Assembly: GCF_026210795.1 (NCBI RefSeq) | Contig: NC_089434.1 | Span: 620,001 to 684,000, forward strand | Direction: 5' to 3' | DNA: 64,000 nucleotides | From: Rhizophagus irregularis | Taxonomy: Eukaryota | Program-made: the position numbers and the translations under genes | Part shown: positions 52,556 through 64,000 of the stretch, piece by piece | Layout of the letters: the number at the start of each line of letters is the position of its first letter | Position numbering within the stretch: the first letter of the stretch is position 1 | The notes under the pieces: model-generated | Database searches by the model: none | The model's input: only the letters and a program-made list of their open reading frames with translations | What the model was told of the DNA's origin: nothing

Positions 52556-55500
52556 AGCATAGGGAAAGTTTGTTTTTATTGGTTATGATCAACGTGTGTC
52601 ACGTTATTATGATTGGCTAAATAAAATAACACGTGATAATACTACGCGTATTACAGATCATTCCATGAGCCATTTTCAGCCCATCTGTAGGGGTTTTAAC
52701 TATTCAATATGGTCCAAAAAAATCATGGCCCATGTTCAGTACGAAATTGTAATAATCAAGTAACCCGTTTTCATCAATTCACTTCATTAGCATATGAGAA
52801 AGCCCAAAAAAAAGGAACATATGAAGCACATACGTACCTAAGAATCGGACAACAATTGTGTCATAGTCATTATATGAGTATTGTTGAACCTTACCATACT
52901 CAAAAGTCAGAAGTTCCCTTTTTTTTAGAACCAGATAAAGAAAATTCAAATCGTAAATATTAAAATGATTGAAAATTAAATTTTTTTTTTTTTATAACTA
53001 ATTTTTTATTTGTTACATACAGAATCAAAAAGCTATTCATTTGCCGAGCAGGTTACTATGCTTACAAAGGTTCTATATGAGCGGCGTGGTAATTTAGAGC
53101 TTAATCCTACCCATTTTAAACAAATGATAGAAAAAGCAGATCCACGTTTACAAGGTCTTTTTGATAAATTAGTAAAGGCATTGGTTCCTGATAACAGATC
53201 TGCATATAATAAAGTTGAAGCAAGAAAAACAATTGTAAGTCTATGTTATATCATGGCTGGAATGCGAAATAAGTTTGTTAACGATTTCAAGTTGGAAGTT
53301 GGATTATATTTGTCAGCATCGGGTGCAACACGTGCTGCAATTGATACAATGAATAGTATTGGATTTTCTGCTTGTTATACAACAGTTAATAATTTTAAAC
53401 GTAAAATTGCCAATGAACATCCGTTAAATATCAGAAAATTTCTCTCTGAACATGTAAGTAAAAAAATATTTTTTTTTCATTTGAAGAACTACTATTAACC
53501 AAAATTTAATTACAATCAGAGTGACCATTTGTACGTTTATAATCTAGATGATTACCATGACATACATGAGAAAAGAAGACCAGATACCGTAACTTTATCT
53601 ACTGCCAAACATATGGCCACTTGTATCTGTAAGCAGGTTTCAGGTTGTGCACCAATACCTATTATTTTTAACAACGTGTCAGTTCATAATCCAGTAAATA
53701 TTGATGCCAGCAATATTTGTTTTCGATTAATTCGGGAATATCATGGAATATTTGATATTGCATACACTAATCGTAAAAAGCAATGGCTTACCAATGGACA
53801 ATTAGCTACTGACACTTTTGATCAAATTGAACTACTCACAGTGCATTGTTATGATGATGCCATTGCTGAAAGAAAAGAAGAACGTTCAATGAAAGGAGTA
53901 CGATTAATTGGGTTTCAAGAAAAGAATTTGCATTCTCTGAACGATTATATAACAGCATTACAAATGATTTTGGATATTGATAAAGATACTGGATACTTAC
54001 AAAATCATATCACACCATTAGTAGCAGATTGGCCTGGACAGTTATTTGTTCGTAAAGCAATAACAAATTTGCATAAGGTGGATTCACAATATTCAATACC
54101 TGGGATTAACTCGTTTATTCCAATTTTAGGCCCTCTTCACGTATCTCTAAATAGCAGAGAACATGTATTAATTGTATATTATACCTTCTTTCAAAAACTA
54201 TTCCATTTTGTATTTGGTAAAAGAAAAGTATTAGCAAAGAAACCCAAACCTTGGAGAATTAATTTGCTTCTTGACTTAGCATATAATGGATGGTGTAAAA
54301 TTAGAGATACTATTTTAACAAAATTTGGAAGTACCTGTAAAGACATAGAATACCGTATGGTTATTGACTTGTTGGATAATATAATTCCTGCAACTTTGGA
54401 TGTGTATTCTATTCTTTTTCGATCTGGTTCATTCAATGAATATATAGAAACAATTTTTCGAATTTGGACATTTGCACTTAGATGGAAACGGCATAATTAT
54501 AATAAAGCACCATTAGCCTTCTTATCAGATATTTTTTATTGGCAAGATACGAACCATCCATTTGCTGAAGCTGTAAAATTATTTTTAGTAAACTTTAATG
54601 ATTATTATGTTGAGAATATGCATAGTAAAATAAGATCTCAAACACCTGTGAATAGCAATGTTGACAATATAATAAAACAAGCTTACGTGATTGGTATCTT
54701 GTTTTGCCAACTATTTTCTATTTCTATTTGTTGTTTTATGTAATATACACTTTGTAACATCATTTGATCTTCATGTGAATGCATTAGATGAACGAAACCA
54801 TTGTGAACTTAAAGATACTTTTCAAAAAACAAAGGCGTATCCTTACAAGCCATCATTGTTAAACATTCTGGCAGAAAAAACATCATTGTTTTTATTAGAC
54901 TATTTTCAGAGAATTTATAAGAATTGTGGGAAAAGTAAATTATGTAAATCAAAGAAAAAGATACAATGTCAATTAGCTACCTTGGGAGAGACTGTTGATA
55001 CGAAATGTCTTCCAACAGGATACAGTACAAATATGCCTCCATTGCCAGATTCTTGTGATCATTGCCGTAAAAAACTTGATGATGGCGAAGTATTAATTTG
55101 TGGGCATGGTTATCATTTTGAGTGTTATCAAATGATGGAATATGGTTGTCGTCATTGTGAGGAATACTACAAACGCGGAATTTATAGCAACGTGAACTCT
55201 TTCTTAGATCGATTAGAAAAGGGACCAAATGTTCTTACTTCTGATGAACAAGACGAAACTCCAACAGAAGAAAATGAGACAGTGGAAGAAGTGGAAGCAA
55301 ATGGAAGCCAGGAAGTGCATGCAGAACTTTTAATTGCACTTATTCATGTTAATACCTGGTGATATTGTCTGTAATTTAGTTAAAATGTATTAACTATTGT
55401 AATGTGTTATTTTTTTTCATGTATAAAAGACAAATTAAATAAATTACTTACTCTTATAATGTTTTAAAACGAATATTCTGTTTAGAATAACATTTTGTAA

Positions 55501-55785
55501 GTTCAGTTTGAAATTTACTAAGAATAACTTCAATTTCGGTCCTATTGCCATAATTATAGAAAATACTTCATATAAAACTCTCTGAAACATTGGATGTCAT
55601 TGGATGTTATTAGTTCTAGAGAAGGAAATAGATTTAGAGAACATATTTGTAAAGTTTCGTTATGTGTCTTTTAGTAGTATTTGTGGCTTATCATATGGTC
55701 GATTATAATTTAATTGAATCCTATTGTAAAATACATATAAATAATTGTGTAACAATTATTACCAAATTTAAACTTTCCCTATGCT
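52556..55785 (+). mobile_element. Academ/DUF6589-like DNA transposon (3230 bp), apparently intact
   Basis: Perfect 16-bp TIR AGCATAGGGAAAGTTT (52556-52571, 55770-55785). Perfect 9-bp TSD TCTTAACGT (52547-52555, 55786-55794). One 4-exon gene inside. Confidence 0.85.
52709..55362 (+). CDS. Putative DDE transposase (about 807 aa) with N-terminal Cys/His motif and C-terminal RING-H2 finger
   Basis: Exons 52709-52952, 53023-53453, 53520-54693 and 54788-55362 splice in frame (2424 nt). Motifs NLDDYH, LVADWPGQ, PILGPLH, YYVEN resemble the Academ/DUF6589 core. RING-H2 pattern CDHC-x11-CGHGYHFEC-x7-CRHC. Confidence 0.8.
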
Positions 55786-55830
55786 TCTTAACGTCACGGT
55801 CGCACAATGCTTTTTTTTATAGATAGAGAT

Positions 55831-56068
55831 TAGGACCCAGAAATATATATATAGAGGTCAGGTGATGAAAAAAATTTTTTACTATGAGCTGTACGCATTT
55901 TTTCAGGGCCGGAATTATGATAATGTCAGTCTGTTACTATATTAGGAAATAAAATTCTGACCGGCATTATCAAAAATTATCTAAAAAAGTAAAGATTTTC
56001 ATGATTTTTTATTAGTTCAAAATACGCAAACTCAAACCTGACCCTTATATATATATTTCTGGGTCCTA
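55831..56068. mobile_element. MITE (238 bp) with 33-bp TIRs
   Basis: TAGGACCCAGAAATATATATATA(GA/AG)GGTCAGGT at both ends, inverted. Abuts the Helitron 5' end. Confidence 0.85.
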
Positions 56069-56439
56069 TAATATTAGTAAACGTCAGTTACCGAACTTAA
56101 AGAAAGGGCAAAATCCGATCTATTGTTGGAAAATTTTTTTTTTAAAAATAAAAACAAATTTCTAATAAAAAAAAAAATCCGATCTGTTGTTAAAAAAATT
56201 TCTAATATTATATTAAAAAAAAAATAATAAAAAAAATTACTAAATGAAAACAAATTCCGATCTATTGTAAAAAAAAAATAAAAAATAAATGAAAGGCCTA
56301 TTGTTATGGGAGATACAATATGATAAAAAATAAAAGAGATACAATATGATCAAAAAAAATTATCATCAAAAAAAAAAATTTACCGAAGCCAATTGCCTTT
56401 TTAAACTTAAACTGATGATGATTACTTAACCACATAATA

Positions 56440-56731
56440 CAAAATCTCGAAAATCATTTGAGCGACTGACACAAGACCGACATCAAAATCTCGACAATCC
56501 AATATCTTGACAAGTCAAAATCCTGACAAGTCAAAATCCCAACAAAATTATAACATATTTAAACTAAATATTACATATTGCAACAATTTTTTTTATTAGA
56601 ACACACATCACAAAATTGTCGATATAATGACTTGTAGGGATTTTGGATTGCCGAGATTTTGGATTGTCGAGATTTTGTTGTCGATCTTGTGTTAGTCGTG
56701 CAAGTGACTGTCGAGATTTTGATCGGATACC
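56440..56731. mobile_element. Mutator-type MITE with long TIRs built of CAAAATCYCGAC repeats; left tip eroded
   Basis: Left CAAAATCTCGAC/GTCAAAATCC repeats mirror right GTCGAGATTTTG repeats. The right end is GATTTTGATCGGATACC. Confidence 0.7.
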
Positions 56732-57096
56732 ATTTTAATTTGTGATTTTATATTTTTTGATTATTAATTATTAACCAGAAGTTCCCCATTATGTTAAATG
56801 TTTACTTGTTTATTAGAAAAAATGTTCCAGAGTTTAAATTAATTCTAAATTCCCGGTGAACAGGGATGAATAGTTTACCAAATAAAACTCCGATTGGCAA
56901 AGAATTCATCTACGCAATGAATTTCTAAATAAGTAAAAAATCTTAGAAATTCATTACACAATGACGGATTGTCAACATGCATAATTGTTTTTTTTTCTAT
57001 AAACGTTCGCCAATGAATTGTATTTCAGAATTATAAATACTCTTGTATTATTTTTATTTTCAATTTTTATAATCTATTTTCTTAAAATACAACATT

Positions 57097-60090
57097 ATGA
57101 ATACAGATGACAATCTATTTGATCCTACACGAAAATTTAAATCTAATACTGTACCTGTTTCATTTATTCCTTTTAAAAATAATGAAAAAAATTGTAATTA
57201 TTGTGGAGTTGAATACTCCAAGACACTTAAATTTGAACAAAAATATTGTGAAAATTGTTTACTTCGTTATACTAAAGATATAGGCAATAGTGAACACTTG
57301 GATACATACATTAAAAATCATAATACTCAATGTATTAAACATAAAGCAACTAGGAATAATGCTTGTGCAACAGACATTCAAGAATGGTGTGAACATTGCT
57401 CTGAGATTTTATACTTTACACATTTAATCCCAAATACATCATCATTAAATAATTGCTCTATTCCACACACTGATACTTTCGTAGCAAATTATTATGAAAC
57501 AGGAACTGAATATTTGATATTTAAATTAATTGAATATGGTAAAGAACATCATTATCAAATTTCTTCTGAATGGGTAAAATCAATTTTAACTAAAAAGTCC
57601 ATTCAAATTTTATATTTACCATGGTGGGATAACTTTGATAAGTGCGTAGTCTGTTTACAAGAACTAAAATATATTCACCTAGAGTCAGTACCTTATTACC
57701 AAAAATGGTGCCAAAAATGGTGTTCAAATTGCTTTATAATTTATACTGGATGTAGATATTGTTTAACCACAAATATTATTTTTGGGATTACAAGTCAATC
57801 TCAATGTAAAAATTGTGAAAGAATATCACTTATTAATGTTGATATTACAAATATTAGCAGTGAAAACTGTGACGTAGATTATTTTACTATTACAAAAAAT
57901 AATACAGATTCAGATTCATTAAAGCTTATTAGAAATTTATATAGTAATCTGGTAAAATGGTTAATAGAATGGATTCCATATTCTCAACTCAAAGATTTAA
58001 GAAAAATAGGAGAAGGAGGATTTAGTACTATTTATAAAGCAACTTGGTCGGATGGTATAAGGAATACTGATGTTGCTTTAAAAAAATTATTTAGTTCACA
58101 GAAAATTGATAAAAATTTTCTTAATGAGGTAATGATATTTAATGTTAATATATTTTTTAATGTGCTTTATTTGATATTTATTAATATATTTATATTATAG
58201 TTAAAATTACTTTCTTACTTTGGTCCTTTCGAAATTTTCAAAGCTGATATAATTGGTTTTCATGGTATTACACAAGATCTTGCAACAAAAGAATATATAT
58301 TGATAATGGAATATGCAAATGGCGGAAATTTACATGATTATTTGCAAAATAATTTTATAAATATTACGTGGAAAGAAAAATCACATATTTTAGCGAAAAT
58401 AATAACCGGGTATTTATATTTTTTAATGCATTAACTTACTATTATCTGTATTTATATTATTAATTACTAAAATGTTTATATTTTAGACTTTATAATATCC
58501 ATTTGAATAATTTTATACATCGGGATTTTCATAGCGGGAATATATTGTTATCAGATCAATCTTGGCTAGTTGGAGACTTTGGATTATCACAACCTGCAAA
58601 TAGCACCTCACCAAATAATGAAATATATGGAGTAATACCTTATATTGCACCAGAAATATTTAAAGGTGCTGCATTTTCTCAAAAATCTGATATATATAGT
58701 TTTGGTATGATTATGTGGGAGCTTACCACAGGTTGTAAACCTTTTGCTAATGTTGAACATGATCATAATCTCATCTTTAAAATTCTCGATGGAGAACGAC
58801 CTGAAATTACAAATGACACCCCTGAATGGTTCGCTAATTTAATGAAAAAATGTTGGGATTCTGATCCTTCAAAAAGACCAACTGCTGTTGAAATAAATAG
58901 AGAATGGGGGATTGTAAGTAAAATTGGATTTAAAGAAGCATTTGAACAAGCTGAAAAAAAAAGATTAGAATTAATACAAGAACAAGCTAGAAACAAAAGA
59001 TTAGAATTAATAGGAGCACTTGAACAAGAACTTGAACAAGAACTTGAACAAACTAAAGAAAAAAGATTAAAATTAAAAGAAGAACAAGCTAAAGAAAGAA
59101 GATTAGAATTAATACAAGAACAAGCTAAAGAAAAAAGAATAGAATTATTACGACAAGCTAGAAAAAAAAGATCACAATTAATACAAGCACTTGAACAAGC
59201 TAGGAAAAAAAGATTAGACTTAATACAAGAACAAGCTAGAAACAAAAGATTAGAATTAGTAATAGGGGCACTTGAACAAGAACTTGAACAAACTAAAGAA
59301 AAAAGATTAGAATTAAAAGAAGAACAAGCTAAAGAAAGAAGATTAGAATTAATACAAGAACAAGCTAAAGAAAAAAGAATAGAATTATTACGACAAGCCA
59401 GAAAAAAAAGATCAGAATTAATACAAGAACTTGAACAAGCCAGAAAAAAAAAATTAGAATTAATACAAGAAGTACTTGAACAAGCTGAAAAAAAAAGACT
59501 AGAATTAATACAATTAAAGAAACTTGGACCCGAATTTAGTGAAAAACCTCATCCAAAAGCAATTTATACAAGTAGAGTATTAAGTTCATTGATTTCTAAA
59601 TCTTCAATAGATTTTTCTTCAATTAATTCAGTTAGTGTTAAACAAGGTATTATATTAATGATTACTAACTTGCAGTTAAATAATGATCTATTTATTTCAT
59701 TTTTATATTAACTTAAATACTTTTTAGAGTATATTACAAAAGAATATGAACTTGATATAAATAAAGTTCAAAGGTAACTGTTACAATGAATAAAATATTA
59801 ATAATATAATAGAAAATTAAAATTTTTCATTATGCATTCTTTAGTTCATCCACTCAATATATAAATTCCTCCGTTCAAGTCTCTAATCTCCAGCATCAAA
59901 ATGTTAGTGGTCCATTAAATAATTTAACTACAAATTCTTTAAGAAAGCGAAATATTGAAGAATTAGATATTGAAACACAAAAAAGTAAAAAAAATAGTGA
60001 GTGAACTTTATGATAAATTATATTTGTTGTGATGTTATCATGTTAATTTATATTAATATTTTTTTTATTGAAATAGGAGAAAGATATTAA
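57097..60090 (+). CDS. TKL-family protein kinase with long Cys-rich N-terminus and expanded post-kinase EQAxxKRLELIQ repeats
   Basis: GEGGFSTIY, VALK, HRDFHSGN, GDFG, YIAPE. Exons 57097-58128, 58201-58409, 58487-59646, 59728-59773, 59845-59996 and a probable last exon from 60077 (end uncertain). Confidence 0.88.
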
Positions 60091-61635
60091 AGCTTATAAT
60101 TAGATAAAGAACTTTGTTGAAGTAGTATAATTGAATATGATAAGTTTCGAATGTATTTATATTTAGAATTTTTCTAATGGTAACCGACATTATGATGATC
60201 GACCAGCATTAAAAAAATATAGTGCCAGTAAAAATTGATAATTCTGGCCAACGGTGATGATTACCCCAGTGATTTGAAGTAAAAATCTTATATTTATATG
60301 TATTATTTTTAAATTTTAAATAAAGTATAAAATTAAACATAACACATAATTGATGATTATCGTTAATCATCGTATTATTATTACATATGCAAAACACACG
60401 TTTTCAACTATACATGATTATATAATTCAAAAACATTCATTTCGTGTGTGATTGTTATGTATTATTAAAAGTAGGGTACTAGTAGGGTACTGTAAACTTG
60501 TCAATTTTTCGTACAAAAAGACATACTTTATTGATCTGTATAATAATACTTTATCTTATACTATATACAAAATTCATTACTTTTTTCATGATTTTTTCAT
60601 CGACCCATGATTTATTTTGTTGTATTACAATCATAAACGTATTACCGGCAAAATTTTAGAATATATTAAGTATTAGCAATAGTATTATGGTTATAGAAAA
60701 TTATTATTATATTTAAATAAACTCACACAAGCTGAGCAATATAGTCAAGTTTCCTTATTTGTAACGTTAACACAAATATTTAGCACAAATATGCGCACTA
60801 GTACTTAATAAATTTACTAGATGATTCTGATCAGGTGATCTTAATTTTAATAGTGATATTCCTTGTAATTGGTTGTTATGCTAATTGTGCTACTTGTCAA
60901 AATTGGGAACCTGTAAATTTACTGGTTAAAAATTATTTAGAAATAATGTGAAGCATCGATTATTAATCAACTTAAAACAAAGTTTTTTTTTGCAATATTG
61001 ATATTTGTTATTTTACAAAAGAAATTAAAATCTAAAATTATACAACAATTAATGGGACAGATTTCCTCGTAATACTAAATTCACATTATCATTAAAAGTA
61101 ATCATACATTTTTTATACAAGTTTTATATAATTTTGTGCAATTTTGTACAGAATTTGTATATAATTTGTAGTGGTGTATTATTTATTGTATAGAATATAA
61201 CTGAAATTTGTATGTAACTACACATGATATTTGACCAATAAAAACTGTGTTACACAATTCAAAGTTTATTTATACGATGTTATCAATGATTTTTAATATA
61301 TAGATTTGATAGATTTGATATGTAATGACATGTCCTTTGTTCACTCAAAAAGTGATGGTATAGCCTTTGTATAGAAATTCTCATAATTATTAATTATTAA
61401 TTGTTAATATTGAACTGTGCACAAAATGTATATATATATATATATATATAACTAATCCGGTTAAATAATTCTCACCTTAAGAATAATCAAATTATTCCTA
61501 TAAAAATTATTTTACTCTGCGTTAGATCAATTCTGGATGTCAAAAGAAACAAAGAGAGAAAACATTAATGATAATCTTGAAAGTATGATAATATTTTATT
61601 TATTGTACTAATTATTTTATGTATTAAATTACATT

Positions 61636-62480
61636 TTGAACTTTGTAGTGATTTTATCATGTGAACAAGTCCAAAAGTTACTCAGTAAACTTAGTTTTGA
61701 TCATTATGAAGTAAGATTGTGGAAAGATCAAATTGAGATTCCTATTGGGATTTCAATGGAACCCTTTGTTATATGTGAAGTTATTCTTTGTAGTTTGTAC
61801 TTTCAACATTTAAACCAGTACCCAGAGCTTAGATTTTAATGTAAAAAAGGACAAATACCTAGCTTGGTAAATGAAAGGGCTGCATTTGAACTTGAAAAAC
61901 TCATACCTGGAACTGCTCATGAGCATTATCCAGATCATATAATTATCTATAAAATCCAATAGTTGCCCAAACATAGGAATCAAACTATAATCCTTGAACT
62001 GCTAAAAATTAAACCCAACAGCATTTTCTATATCATGGAGTTTGTACCCCAAATATCATTCCTGTATTTATTTTAGATGCAAGACCACATTCCAGCGAAT
62101 ATTTCAGAAGGGATGGTGCCATTTTTGTATATACTTGGTCAGATTCTGAAGGTGATAGCATTACTATAAAGATCTAAGTGGTAGAGAATGGGCTGATACA
62201 GTTAAGGGTCATATCTGTATTGAAGACAATACAAAGGCAGGTCCACCATTACATGCAGAAGATATCATTCAAGGACCTATTACAAGTAATAACAATAGTG
62301 TTTATCATTGTTGTAATCCAATTCAATCAGAAAAATTGCAAGTTGTTGCAAGAACCTTTAATGGTATGGATGTATTGGCACCATGTTTTTTATCTTTGTT
62401 AATTTACAAAATAGAGGTTTTAGTAGAAGCTTTTAGGAATTTAACATTACTATTGATTATGATGTATTTAGTTAAATAAT
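61636..62480 (+). pseudogene. Frameshifted gene relic, possibly DUF3990/ADP-ribosyltransferase-fold
   Basis: Fragments QHFLYHGV, GAIFVY, EWADTVKG and EDIIQGPI lie across several frames with stops. Confidence 0.35.
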
Positions 62481-62648
62481 AATTTTTATTACTATTTGAT
62501 TTCTTGAATAAAATCTTTTTCAAAAAAAAATTGCACAAAGCAAATAATTATATCATCATATATAAAATTCAAGTTTCAGATAATGATTTTATCTAAAGTC
62601 TAATTAATAATACATTCAAGGTTTCTCCTATGAAAATTAGAGCAATTG

Positions 62649-62913
62649 CCCTATAAAAAAAGAATGTCCGGAAATTGTAGCTGAAAACGTCCAGAAAATG
62701 TTTATTTGTCTGGAATATGTCCGGAATATTGCAATATTCCGGACGTTGGAAAATTTCCATTTTCCGGAAAATGTCCAGAAAATGTCCAGGAGGGTTCAGT
62801 CCCAGCGTCCAGAAAGTGTCCGGAATATTGCAATTTTCTGGACGTTTTCCGGACACACGGACATTTTCCGGATGTTTTTAGCTACAATTTCCGGACATTT
62901 TTTTTTTACAGGG
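62649..62913. mobile_element. Foldback MITE (265 bp), CCC-terminus CMC/EnSpm-like
   Basis: TIR of about 50 bp CCCT(A/G)TAAAAAAA..AATGTCCGGAAATTGTAGCT.AAAAC. TTG on both sides (62646-62648, 62914-62916). Many TCCGGA motifs. Confidence 0.85.
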
Positions 62914-63430
62914 TTGAATAACTTTTTTACATAGATCAGACTTTGAGATTTTTGAAATATGTCTGATATCTGCAGATATTTGTGAATCACAAATTAAGAA
63001 TGTCTTTTCTGAGAATTTTTTTACACCATAAAAATAGTTACTTGTTGTTGCTCAGCTTCACCAAGTCAATTTAAGATTTATATATTTATCTGTACGATAA
63101 AGCTTTTAGAGAAAGAACACATTTTTATTGGTGTGATGTTTGAATCATTTGTAGAGTACATATAATATGGAAGACAAATTTCAGACTCTTGTTATAACAT
63201 CATTTAAGGAAAAAAAATCATGGTTACTATTCGCTAGTTGTCATAAGCAATAAAATTTGTCACTATTTAATAAGGTGACTAAATAATAAATTTGAAATTA
63301 TGTTACTCATTATTATATTATTTTTTCTTTTATGAGTCAATTCTTATATAAATATCTGGAATCAAATTTTTATTTTCTTACATTTATTAATTGTTTTATA
63401 ATTCTTTCTTTTATTTTTTAGTATATCAAT

Positions 63431-64000
63431 ATGATTAATAAGTCTTATATTCTTGCTACTAATGCTAATGATGTTCTATATGCTTTAAAGATTATTAACA
63501 ATGATGAAAAAGATAGCACTTCTCTTATAGATCATCCTGTACTTATTGGATCTCGTGCTGCTAAATGGCATATTCCATTTTTTCGTGATCCAAATGATTG
63601 GGATTTAATGGCAACCATCCCACAATCAATTTCATTTATTAATATAATTCAGTTTAATGCAATTTTTAAATATATAAAATTGATTTATTATCCAGGAAGT
63701 GGACTAAAAATTGTTGGAAAATGTATTGAATCATCTTCATTTACAGACAGAAATCATGGAAATCCTATCTTATTTAATATTGAACTTGTCTCTGATAAAG
63801 TTGATTTCAGAAAAATGAACCCAAATAAAAAAATAGATGATTTACATTATGATGTTGATGATGATGATGATGATTATGATATAGAAAAAGAAAATTATAA
63901 TGATGATTATGATAGTTATGAATATAGTTCAAAAGAAAGTGATGATGAGGATAATGATATTAATAGCGATAAGGAAGATAGTAGCAGTGATATGGAAGAT
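63431..64000 (+). CDS. 5' part of a putative Pol-beta-fold nucleotidyltransferase-like protein (runs off the window)
   Basis: 190 open codons from ATG 63431. HPVLIGSRAAKWHIPFFRDPNDWDLMAT matches the hGS...DxD signature, followed by an acidic low-complexity tract. Confidence 0.7.
   Translation, partial: MINKSYILATNANDVLYALKIINNDEKDSTSLIDHPVLIGSRAAKWHIPFFRDPNDWDLMATIPQSISFINIIQFNAIFKYIKLIYYPGSGLKIVGKCIESSSFTDRNHGNPILFNIELVSDKVDFRKMNPNKKIDDLHYDVDDDDDDYDIEKENYNDDYDSYEYSSKESDDEDNDINSDKEDSSSDMED

Larger units (their letters stand above)
49665..55829 (-). mobile_element. Non-autonomous Helitron with two 3' termini, interrupted by a DNA transposon
   Basis: Minus-strand 5' end A|TCTCTATCTATAAAA at 55829. 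Two 3' ends of GC hairpin + CTAG|T: at 50584 (GCCCGCGTAAAACGCGGGC) and at 49665 (CCGGCGCAGCGCGACGG). No Rep/Hel ORF. Confidence 0.7.

Noticed and set aside
52547..55794. Kolobok/piggyBac assignment from TTAA near both ends
   Set aside because: TTAA is part of a longer 9-bp direct repeat (TCTTAACGT) that abuts the perfect TIRs exactly.
58763..59245. 160-aa antisense ORF
   Set aside because: Shadow of the repetitive kinase exon.
62593..62990. Four overlapping short ORFs on both strands
   Set aside because: By-product of a GC-richer palindromic MITE.

Overview
Very AT-rich, intron-containing eukaryotic DNA. Gene content and style point to an arbuscular mycorrhizal fungus (Glomeromycotina, Rhizophagus-like); this is an inference. 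Host genes: four multi-exon tyrosine-kinase-like (TKL) kinases, a tandem pair of HSPA12-type Hsp70 genes (each needing a 5-nt micro-exon), a divergently transcribed single-exon 1035-aa gene (novel N-terminal repeats, coiled coil, GrpE/Mieap-like tail), a multi-exon gene with 30-aa KRPGRK repeats, and the 5' part of a GS..DxD nucleotidyltransferase-like gene. Mobile DNA is abundant: a full-length Zator-like transposon (31-bp TIR, TAA TSD, one premature TGA); an apparently intact Academ/DUF6589-like transposon with a 9-bp TSD and a C-terminal RING-H2 finger, nested in a non-autonomous Helitron; a 2.3-kb repeat-filled TIR element; many MITEs; and MULE, Crinkler-like and DUF3990-like relics. Two arrays of tiny exon/intron-like cassettes without a long ORF are also present. 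The best candidates for undescribed biology are the Hsp70-pair/GrpE-like repeat-protein module and the RING-fused, helicase-less Academ-like element. All family assignments come from motif recognition by eye, not database searches.
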